This document shows, piece by piece, positions 12,500 to 23,534 of a stretch of 64,000 nt of DNA. The DNA is from Raillietiella orientalis (Eukaryota), in the NCBI GenBank assembly GCA_036172245.1, contig JAYWIR010000009.1, forward strand, positions 3,472,001-3,536,000, given 5' to 3'. How positions within the stretch are numbered: the stretch's first letter is position 1; each line of letters begins with the position of its first letter. The notes beneath the pieces were generated by a model. That model was not told the origin of the DNA. It searched no databases and saw nothing but the letters and a program-made list of their open reading frames with translations. Made by a program: the position numbers and the translations under genes.

Positions 12500-13420
12500 C
12501 GTTACTGAAACGAAAGCGGCTGGGCTCACGGCGTTGATCAGCGCGGCACATTTTGCTGCTTTACCCCGATCGAGACGCTTTTCTTCCAGGGAAATCCATG
12601 CGCCCCTGCTCTGGCAAGCATGCAGGCCAGCCTTGGGCTTTCTTCTCGTGTGTCTGCGGAAATCTAGGTGGCCATGCACTATATCGTCGAAGATCCAGCT
12701 TCCGATCGGCCGGAGGCCTGCCTGCTTGCTGTCCACAAGCACACTATAACCACTGGGACGGGCAGATTTTCCAGGGACCCATCCCGAGTAAATCGCCACC
12801 GCGGCTGTGACCAAACCTTCCAGCGAGTGGATGGTGGTAGCGTAGCCTGCCGACGAGGGAGATTCCAACGGAATGGGCACAAGGGCCTCTGCCCCAGGAA
12901 GACCTCTTGAACCTTCCTTGAGAGAGACTAGTGCTCCTCTCTTTGTTTGCGGGGAGTCCCCGTGCTTTTCCCCTGTATCCAGCAGACGACGACGTTCCCA
13001 CTGCTCTGAGAACTCACAGAAGCCTGATAGGGAGGAAGGTTGGGAAGAAAGATGGCTTCCTGGAACTGTGCCGAGTGTGGTTTGATCTGCATCATCCTGG
13101 ACTGCAATGCTGTTCCCTGGGACTGGGAATTCTTGGCTAGGACCTTCCCCCCACGAGTAAGATCGTCCTGCGAAGCTCGCGGGGCGTTCCTTAGTACGAG
13201 CTGTCCAGCATTACTGGCGGCTGCATCCACAACCCTGGGCTGCATCCTCGGGATCGAAGCAGCTCGTCTTGCGAGACAGCTCCACCAACAGTGGAGGAGG
13301 ACCATCTTCTTGGTCATCGCCATGCTGTGGAGAGGCAACAGAGCGTTGGGTCAAGCAGTGTGGGAGGATGCTGCCCGCACTGCACAAGGACGCGGGACCA
13401 GAACTCCACGAGCTCCTCAT
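12500..13420 (-). mobile_element. Decayed non-LTR reverse transcriptase fragment (domains 0-3)
   Basis: VLVDSKQAGLRPIGSWIFDDIV...GAWISLEEKRLDRG resembles Q.GF.PGR.I.DNI...ISLD.EKAFDRV. Confidence 0.55.
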
Positions 13421-15399
13421 TTCCTACATTATGCGTTTTATTTATTAAATAAGAGCATCCGTTGAGAAATTCGGCTGCACCTACGTTCAGGTGAACTACC
13501 GACCCAGAAGCCTGCATAGGAAAGCGTGGGGAGGGACGCTAGGGTTACTTCGCATTCCGGATCCATTCGCAGTTGTCCTGAGGCGCTTTTTTGCGTCTGG
13601 CGTCTCTCGGAGCCAGACCCGATACGCCTCGCATCAGGGCAGCTGAGATCGCGAAAGGACTCTACATCCCTCTTCGCCATTCCGACCGCCAAAACTGCCC
13701 ATGGCTAAACAGTGCCAGAGGGGGAGAAGAGGCGACTGATGCAATCGAAGAGGTAAACGTAGCCCTCGTTCTCGGACCATTCCCAATGGGTCGACCACTG
13801 GCGCTGCTCCCTCACCATCCCTCGGAGGTGGGCGTATTCGCCGCGGAAGGGGGTCCGAAGGGACGCCCTTGCGATGCGGAACCGCCTGCTCCTTCAACTG
13901 ATCCGCGCTGAGGCTCGTGGCAGAGGGAGCGGCATGCGAAGGTGCCTCTTTGCTCCGCAAGGCGGCGACGGCGGCGTTCTCGTCATCTTCGCGGGAGACT
14001 GGCATCTTCGCCGTCTCGTCTGGAGCTTTCTCTTCGGTCGGAGCTAAAGTCGAGGAGGACTCCGCTCCATCCAGGCTTTCGATCCCCGTGCTTTCCGTTT
14101 TTCTGAACTTCCTTTCTGTGGACCACAGTGCGATGTTGACTACGGATCCACTTGCCGATCCACGCGCCTCCATGCCGACCGAGCTCCTCTCGCACGCACA
14201 GGGAAGAGGGAGGGAAACCGGCGACCGATTTCCAAGCATGCGACCCCCCGCCGGCGATCCGCCCTCTGCCGTCCCATTTTCTCAGGAATTCGCGGGATTC
14301 TCTCCGAACCCGCAAAACCCTTCGATCGATGCTCCCTCTCCCGATTTCCACGCGACGAACGGCAGGGTCTGGTTCGCTCTAGGGGAGTCGTGGGGGAGGA
14401 TGGTCCGCTATTTTGATCTTTCCCGAGGGAGCGCAACAGTGTTCTTTGGAGGTGGTTCGAATTTTGGAAGAGTAAGAGGAGGGCAGATAGGTGGGGGTGG
14501 GTGGGTGCAAAAGGGAGAATAGATAAAAGAGGAAATGGGTACGGGATGAGGATTGCGTGTGGATGGCCCGTTGTAGGTTGAAGATGTTATGTAGGAAGAG
14601 ATGATGGGAATGCCTCCGGGACAAAGCGTGAGGCAGAGGATGATGATATCTCGTGATCCTCGTGATGTCATGGGAACGGGGTTAATGAGAGCGGTGATGG
14701 ATGGAGAGATAGGAAAGCTCCATCATGGAGCCAGTGTGGGAGCGGAATAGGGAGGTTATTGCTACGACAGTGATCCTGCAAGGGGATGTGTTGGTGTGGA
14801 TTTTAGTCGAGGTTGGTGAAGTGAGCGTTGATTTGGAGCTGGGGATGGTAGAAACGGGAACAGAGCGTTTTTATTTGAGTGGGACGCGCATTTCGGGAAG
14901 TCTTTCGGGGCAGGGAATGGGAAACACTGGGCAGGCGAGGATGTTTTTTTAGTAGGGATTGGTGCAAGGGTACGTGAATATGGAAGTATAGGATTTTCGA
15001 TTCTGATGGAGTCTGGTATCCGTGAGAGGGAGATGAGTGGCTGAATTTGATTCTGATGGAGGAGGATTCCAGGAGACTGCCTTCGTGGAACTGGAAACCA
15101 ACTTGGACTTGGCAAAGGACGAGTCTTCCGCTAAGGAGCGGACCACTCTTAGCTACTGATCGCCAGAAAGAGAGCGGACTTTTCCGGAAAGTCCACAGGA
15201 AGCCGAGTGCAGGGAATTTCGAAATCCCATAGATCTAGATTTTGATGGTGGAGTTAGGGAAAGGAAGTGGGTGATGTCATGGAAAGCGGTACGAATGCAA
15301 TGGAGCGATGATGATGAACGTGCTGACGATCAACTCGAAGATCCTGTGTTGGCAGGGAGGCAGCGAGGTCTTTGTGTTTGGTTTCCTCCCTTCGTTCCT

Positions 15400-17250
15400 A
15401 AGGCGCTTCTTAGAGCGTCACAAGGAGTAGGCGTCTCCCAGGATGACCATTCTTCTCCCCCTGTGCAGGGCCAGATCCCTTAGTAGCCGTGCCTCCGTAT
15501 AGAAAAAACATGACACGGGATGGATGAGACCACCGCGCGCGCGGTGTGGACTGAAGTGCCGTGGAAAGAGAGCTCCTTCCGTCGTCCATGAGAGGTTACG
15601 AGGCTGCAGGGGGAGCCGAGAGGTTTCCAAGGACGCCGTGCCCAGCGGCGTCTGTCTCGCTGAAAGGACAGGTGAGTATTTCCTGGCTGGGAATCGGCTA
15701 TTAGATGATGGCGGCGATGCTGGTGGGCAAGATGACATCATGGGAAACCTTGCATGAATGCCAGTGAGGATGGCAATGGTAGTTATGGCAACGGGCCATC
15801 ACGAGTTTTGTCATTCCAGCGCTGAGCCCAGCGTTGGCACTTCCCCCGTAGGAAACCACGGCCATGCTGAATCTGCAGACTACCAGCGCGTCCAGCCTTG
15901 TAGCATCGGTTCACTTTGATGTGCTCCCAGAATGCCCGTCCTCTCGGAATCATCAAAGAGAAACCGCTGCTCAAGGCTCGTTTCGATCCCCGTGGTCCAG
16001 GAAGAACCTCACTCTCAGAGAAGAGTCCACCTTTCCATTTTCGGGAGACACCACCCTTCCGGTGGGATCTCCCACCAGTCCCGAATTACTCTCGCAGTTG
16101 AGTCCAGCATCCTTCATCCGAATCACTCCTGCGACGCGCGCTAAAGCCTGGCGGAATCCCAGGACAACCCCTCGGATAGCGGAAATACGATCTTCGGCTG
16201 AATACTGTGAATCTAGGCAGCGAAGCAGCGGTTCTCAGAAGCAAAGGAGTTTGGGCGCGCTCAAGCAGCTGACAGTTGAGAAGAGAGTACTCTTCTCCTC
16301 AATAAGCAGGCAGAAAGAATGAAGCTGAAAAGAGAGGAAGATCGCCGTCGGATCTGGACCATGAGAAGGACCCGAACGTTCCGCCAGCGATCGGACCGCT
16401 TTCGGCTGCTGATGGTCGGATGCAGCAATTTTTGAAATTTCCTGCCCGCTCCCCCCCTTTTCTTCCGTCTTCCGCGAGATGAGGCTGGAAAAAGTACGTG
16501 GATCTTCCAGGATCATTCGTCTACCGCACGAGTTCCGCGCTTGCTGCTAAACTGCTATGGGAACGAATTAATCCACTTCCACCCCACAAGGATCGAGAAC
16601 TCCAGTCAGGTAAAAACCATCAAGCTGAATGACGGTCAGTGGTCGATCACCTGAGATCTCATTCTCTTGAGACGCCTTTTTTCTTCCCTTAAGGAAAGTG
16701 ACGCTCTCGAGGGAAGCGTCGTCGCCATTTGCTTTTCTTATACTTGCACGGAAGCTCACGCTCAAGATGGATCAGAAATGCCTTTGAGGTCATTCCGGAG
16801 TTCCGCAGCGAAACGGAAGATCGGACGCGCAGCTGACCTACTAAACGCGATTCAAAACGAGAGCGCTCTTTTCCCGGAATTCCCTATTTTTCCAAACGGG
16901 ACTCGATTCGGAGTGCCTCAGCTTGCAGGGATTTGATGCACTGTTGCTTTTTGTTGGGGTTCCATCTACCGAGTGAAGGACTGCACAGGACGCAGTGGGC
17001 GGAATTCCTGCGACCTTCGCTTCCCTCTTGTCCTGTCTATACCTCCTTGTCTGGTCGCATGCAGTCGTGGCATCATTTCCCATCCACATGATTGTCTGGA
17101 GCTCTTCCTGGACGTCGATGCTCTGGAGGGTTCCTCCATCGGGAGGATGTCCCAATTCGCGGGCCATAGAGGCCGCAGTGGATGTCAGGGGCAAACACAG
17201 GGTGTCCCGTTTTGTGGAGGTCTAGCCGCAGGATCCAGCCTCTTCATTTT
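15400..17250 (-). mobile_element. Decayed L1/Tx1 ORF2 remnant spanning the RT region
   Basis: Motifs appear in the expected order: LDGFYL (domain 0-like), GVVLGFRQALARV (LDF.KAFDRV-like), ENGKVDS, and RRKELSFHGTSVHTARAVVSSIPCHVFS (post-RT LS..GR..L.K.V.SSIP). Many stops and frameshifts. Confidence 0.55.
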
Positions 17251-19409
17251 GGGTTTTCCGGACCCTGGAGAGCCAACTATCACGGCTCGGACGATCACTC
17301 GAACTTCCGTCGTTGACAGGGAGACGCGAGGTCTCTGTGCGGGGCTTGATGGCTCTCACCTTTGCGAGGTCGCCTGCAGGGAGCCGCAGGCCCCCTGATC
17401 GACCGGCTTCGGGAGGTGGACGTGGACTTTCCTCCCTCGGGAAGGAGTGGCAGGCGTGTGTGCCTCAGGTGCCTCAGGATGGGAGGCCGCTGCCTCTCTG
17501 CCCGCCTTCGCTCGACTCGTCACGTGACAACCGTCCTTTCAGTCGCCTCTCCCCCACTTTTCTGGTCGTTTCGTGCCGCAGCTGCCGAGCTTTCGCCCTA
17601 GGACTCTTCACCTTGCACTTTTTCCGCGCGCTTCCTACTCCGAGGAAGGTCACGCGCTGCGTCGGAGAGCGGAACGTCATGCAGCTCTCGACGCGACGTA
17701 GGAAGGAGCCGCGGTGGTGGGCGGGGCCACCGAGGAAACGCGCGGGTTTGTGCGGTTCGCCTCGGGGCGAACGAGCGGCTGGAGGAGGAGCCTGCATCCG
17801 GAAGATCGGCTTCCTGGCACGAGCTCCTGGAGCTGACCTCCCTCGCAGGCTGATCCGTGTCGCACTCACTCTGCCTGAGGCGGAGACCAAATCCATCTTT
17901 CTAGGGGAGGGGGGGGGACATGGGCAGCTGGTCGGGGATTCGACCTCTAAGAGACCGGCGCGTCTCGGAAGCGACGCGCGTCCAGAGATGTTGCTTCCGG
18001 ACCCGTGGCGCCGGGTCGCCAAGGCGCGATCCTTACCCGCGCCTCTTCCGAGCCGGTGGGTTGGCGCGCGCTGCTTGAGGCCCGCCCAAGGTCGAAGGGA
18101 GGGAGAAATCCAGACCGTGGGAGCTCATCCTTCATCGTGGACACGGAAGAGTTCGACCCTCAGAGAGCACACCCCAATGTAACGCCCGCCCTCGCGGGCT
18201 TCTCCGCTGGCTGCAAAAGAGGGCGCCCGCCAGCTCGGGCGGAACGCCCGGGAAGCTCCGGGGTTTTTCCGAGGCCTTGGGACTCGGAAGGGTGAAATCT
18301 GACTCGACAGAGGCTACTCGTCCTCCGTCTCCGCACCCTCCCTTCCCCCAAACACCTCCTCTTCCATCGCGTGATCTCATCCCCTCTCATCCCCCCCTAC
18401 TTCCCTCTCAGGATCGCAAACGGAGAGAGCCTGTAGGTCCCACACCTACGCCGTGAGTCTTTTCCAACATTTGTAGCGAGGGTAAGAAAGGTATTCCTAT
18501 TGCGTAGGGGGGCAGGGGTAGCCATCTCCTGGATGAGGGGTCAGAAAGACCATCTCCCGATGGAGAAAGGCGCTTCTTCCCCTTGCAGATGAATCAGGAA
18601 GTCACTCCCGAAGATATTGCCCGGGGACCGCAAAAATGGCTACAGTGTCTCAGAGCCCGCCGAGGAAACTTCGGGATCCCGGGCATGCTGGTTGGAGCCT
18701 TCGCCCTTCTCCTCCGCTTTCAGCGAGCCATCATCTTGCTGGAGCACTGTCCCCTCCCTCTGGAACAAGGAATGCCACCACGCGTCCAAGGGATGGATGT
18801 CATGTGGCCTAGTGGGTGATCCTTCCCGACACGCTCCTAGAGAGGACCAGACCCTGCTGTAGGACTGAACCCGCATCGCAGGGGCACCCCTCCGGAGGGA
18901 TCGCAAACACCTCGTCCGTCTCCTCCTCTGCGGCGTTCGCTCTGGGAACTCACCCACTGCTGCGAATCCGCCCACCTCCGAAGAGTGGCAAAAGGTCGAC
19001 CCGGAGGCGGTCGACCCGGACCACGGAAAAGACGACGAAGAATCAGAAGGTGATGACGAAGATGACAGCGATGGCGAAGAGCAACACGGCCTCTACGACG
19101 ACTAAGAAGGCGACGACGGAGAATGAGAACAAGGAAGTGACGAAGACGCGGAAGAAGGGGAGGACAAGGAAGAGAACGACGCCCAGGGAGCAACCGGCGA
19201 CGACGGCCCCCAAAGGCAGAGGCGGGAAAAGGGGAAGGCTTCCGTTCACAGGTCACGGAGCTAAGCCTGCTGGCAGGTGTGCAGAGCAGCCTTCAGCCGT
19301 GGTCAGGTCATTCCTGGCAGACGCATTTTCTGAGATGCTGCCTCGCACAAACCCAGGAAGAGGACCCGCGCAGGACTCTGAGAGGCGTTTCCTTCCCTCC
19401 CCTCCTCCT

Positions 19410-19660
19410 GACCATTGGCAATTCGCTTCCTGCGGTTCGCGACGAGACGGACCCACCCGGGTTCATCTCGTCCTCATCCGATCAGAGCCGGGCCATCAGG
19501 AAAAGCTTGCTGGCATCCTGCGCAGGATGCAGAGGAACCCAACGAAACAGGCAGGGATCACTTCCCCTGATCCCAAACCATAGGAACAATTGGTCATGTT
19601 TATTTTATTTGTTTTTCCTTGGCCCCCTTTCCCTCCGTTCCGTTCACCGATCTCGTTGGC
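19410..19660 (+). mobile_element. LINE subfamily 1, short 3' remnant
   Basis: Encodes LAIRFLRFATRRTHP...EKLAGILRRMQR, followed by a T-rich tract. Homologous to the reverse complement of 6540-6660. Confidence 0.6.
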
Positions 19661-22600
19661 AGCCCCTAAAGAACCGTCCGACTCGATGGGAGGACGTCAT
19701 TGTCCGGCTGTATTTGCAAGGTCAAAGTGCCTTTTGGCTAAAGTCAAAGTGCACCTGTGCGAGAGTGTTTTGTCGCGTGAGTGACAGCCCATCGGCCGAG
19801 AGGTAGCTTGAAGGAACGGAAAGGCGTCGAAGAGAGACCGGGAGCACGCTTCAACCTTCGGCTTCCCGTGGGCAGCGGGACAATCCTTCCGGTTGGCGGG
19901 GGGGGGGGAGAATTTCGCAGCGAATTTTTTTTTTCAACCGAGGGCTCGGGCAACCAACATTCTGGGAACCGCCCATTCCTCCTCTCCTCCCTCGAACGGC
20001 CTGGGGAATTCTCGGGACTGCGCGAGGAGAGCGATGCGTGGCGGCGGCGTCTCGTGACGTAAGGTTCAAGCTGCCAAGTTCGAGCCGCCTTTATCAACAG
20101 GATAACAGGATCGGAACACTGAAGCTTGATTTATATCCAGATTTGGATGCAGATGCAGTACCGATACTGAGGATCCCTCTTTTTCCTTTCCTCCTTTGCA
20201 TTTTTGAAGAATACGGTTGTTTACAAGCAAACAAACGGGAAAAAAGCTGCGTTATCAGTGCGCTCGGTTCCGCGTCCTGATGACAGCCCCTTCCCTTCAC
20301 GATTTATAGAGAGGCCAGACCGTTATGGGGATGTGGGGTAGGGGGAAGCCGCGCTCAGGCCACCGCGGAGGGAGCACTTCCCGGCGTGCAGCTACGAACG
20401 TTGTCTTCGACCGGCTCCACCGGTGACGCGGCGCCATCGCTGGTCGGGTTCGCGCGGCCACCGTTGTGCCTACCTGCTGTCCATCAGACGAAGGGCGTTT
20501 CCTAAGTAGGCCAGTGGGGACGGGGAGAGCTTCATCCGAGAGGATCCAGCAAATCCAGAGCACGAGGAGGAGTGTTCTCGGGAGGGGGCGACCGCCTGGT
20601 GGTCGGGCGCACCGCTCGGTCACTGCGGAGGGGTCTCCAGGGAGGTGAGGGGGAGAGCGCATCTGGCGGGCTGAGAACGCGACGCACTGCTTTTCGATTT
20701 TTCATTACCCCTCTCCTCCTCCCCTGCCCCTGCCGGATTTGCTCAGCGCGACAAAACTCCACCTCCGTTTTTTCCTTTTCTTTTCTTCTTCTTCTCTCTC
20801 TCTCCTTTTGTCTAAAAGACATCACGAGGGGGGAAAACAAACAAACAAACAAAAGCATCAAATCGAAAACGCACTCCCCTTGCTCCGAGCACGAGCGAAA
20901 CACTTGAAGAACGAGGATGCTCATATGAAATTCTCATTTTCTAAAAAAAAAGGAAAAGACATAAACCTAAAAAAACAAGGGTTGCCGTTGGAAACGGTTT
21001 TTCCATTCTCATTACTGCCCGGGTAAACTCTCGCATTCCGAGTTTCGGTCCTTTCGGAGGCAGAAACAAAAGCAGGAGATGGACTTGATTGTCTTTCTAG
21101 GTGTTGCCCACGCTGAGGAGGTTTTCGTGTTTCCTTCGTCTTCGTTTTGCTTCGTGACGTGACGGTTCGCGCAGCTCAGCGCGCGCGCATGCGCTCAGGA
21201 GATCGCCTCGGGAACTACGAGGCGGTCCAGCCAAGTAGACCAGGTGAGTCGGGGAGCTCCTGGATGAAAGAAGCGCTTCCAAGGGAATGCCACCCCTTGG
21301 AGGCGCGCACTGGAGCCAAGCGCGCAGGTGACCTCATTCGCTTGGATCCCGGAAACGATGCTTTGGCTGCCATCAGCGCTACCAGAGCGGAGGAGTCGGT
21401 GAGGAACGGTGGCGCACCGTGGTCAGTCGAAAATCTAACGAGCATCAGGCCGACCCGAATCCAAAGAGGATAAAGCCGATCCAAAGGTTTTTTTTCTTCG
21501 TGGGTGACCCGTTCCACCCGTCTGGTCGCGGCGCACGCGGAATGCGGAGAACCACCCTCGACGAAGGAGCCCCGCCTTTCCCCGAGGAATCTGGGCCAAG
21601 TCCCAAAGATCAGTTGGATCTGGATGATTTTTTTCCTCTCCTGCTTCTCTGGCACTCTTGAGAGTGTTTTGCCTCCTCTCCTACGTCTCCCCTGGCAACT
21701 CAACCCCTCGTGTTTCTTTTTGCCTTCCTCTTCCCCTCCTCGCATCCCCCTTGATCCCTGGGAGGCTACCGTCTCCTTCGCGAAATGGCCTCGGACGGAC
21801 AGGAACGAATCTCATCCTTTCCGATCGGAGCTGCCGCAGGATGGAAGCAGTGCTTTCGTTCATCTCTCCGCCGAAGTCGCACCGAGTGAGGCGCTTCGGC
21901 GCGGTGAGGGGGTGCTGCGAGGGAGGACCCAGGAAAGAGGAGGAAAACCCAGGTTCGAGCTCGGCGGCTCCTGGGGAGAACCCGAAGGGACGGGGGAGAG
22001 GACGGAGCCGAGCAGCCGGAAGTCACTCCTTTCTGGGAAGGGCCAGTCGACCCTTGGAGAGACTAGCCGATCAAGGGAGCAGTGGGGCTCTCTCACTGAC
22101 TCGCGGGAAAAGACCTTTGGTGGCATTCCTTCTTCCGGGTGACCTTCGAGCAGAGATTCATTTCGCCTATCACCAGTAAACACCATCCTGGATGAACTGG
22201 AAAGTCAGCTAACCAAGGCGACTCCTCGGACGGATTGAAGGCGAATCCCCGGAAGCGGCCTCGGGGGCAGTACGGACCCGCGTCCTCGACCCCACTTACT
22301 CCCCCTCTTCATGAGCAGTCGATCTTTTTCAGGACCGTCCGCCATCCGGAGCAGCAGGAAAGTCGGGATCTCTCCAGAGTACCCCCGCACTCTGCTATGC
22401 CAGACACTCGACGTGCGCGGGAGCCTCCAGGAGCTTAATGTTCGAGAGGGAAGCGGGAGGGGTCACTTGTGGTTTCTCCCCCGTCTGTGGCAACTGACCG
22501 ACTTCCGCCTTGGCTCTCAGTCGACCCCTACTGCGCGACCGCTCGGCACCTTCCACTCCCCAGTTTGCCGCTTTCCTCCCTTCTCCGCGCATCCCTCATC

Positions 22601-23373
22601 CGGAATCCCTCCACCATTTTTGGCTCTCCCCCGGACGCCCCCACGAGGATTATTTCTTCACGGTGCCTCTCCCCCCTTCACGTGCGCCATCGTGGCACCT
22701 ACGCGGGGGACGCGCTCCTTCTGCGCCTCGTCCCCACGAGGGTCCTTGTAGGCGTGTCGGAGACGCGAGCTTCCAAACATGGCAGGGGGAAAGGAGGAGG
22801 GTCGCGCAAGGTCAGGGATGTCTGGAGCGGAGGCTGCGAAGGAGGAAAAGAGGAAGGATTCGTCGTTTCCTGGTAGGCCAGCATGCCCGGATGTGGACAA
22901 GACGACCATTTCGTGCTCCAGGCGAGCCTCTTGCTCGTCCCGAAGGTCAGCAGCAGGATTCTAAGGGTGGACGTCAGCCATCCTTTCTCCAGGAACCCAG
23001 ACGATCTCCTGCAGGCTCTCTGAGCCACTCAGTGCTGATTGGAGATGGCGCAATGGTGAGCCCCGTTGCCAGCTCGGGCTTCTCGATCCCTTGCGCGGCT
23101 CCCCAGGAATGCGGAGCGCTCCCATCAGGGAGGAGCAATGCGGAAAAGCCGGGAAATGGGTCAAAAACAGGGGCGCGCTGTATTTCTGCTGGAGGTCGCA
23201 GTGGCGGATGGGGATGAGGGTTGCTGCTCCACAGTCTGGAGCCGCCGGCCAGCTTCCGAAGGATCGTCGAAGAAGGTGAGGTGAAGATGCCGCCGCCGTC
23301 CCCATCATGCAGGTGGTGTGGATCCCTTCCTGTGCAGCGCGCGATGCCTCCTGCGCCATCTCCGAGATTCCGG

Positions 23374-23534
23374 TCAGTAGCCCGAATACCAGCCCGAGGT
23401 CAGGCTCCTCCGGTGAAGCAGTGAAAACGACCACACGGAGACGAAGAGACTCAGCGGATGGCATCGCCCTCCCCCCCCTGAGAACTTCGGGGAGGCGCCA
23501 TGGGCCTGGTGATGGACCGCCGCTGGCAGCTCTC
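23374..23534 (-). CDS. dpr terminal coding exon (stalk plus putative GPI signal or hydrophobic tail)
   Basis: Acceptor gactgttcttccag|GA in phase 1. Encodes GELPAAVHHQAHGASPKFSGGGGRCHPLSLFVSVWSFSLLHRRSLTSGWYSGY*. Confidence 0.8.
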
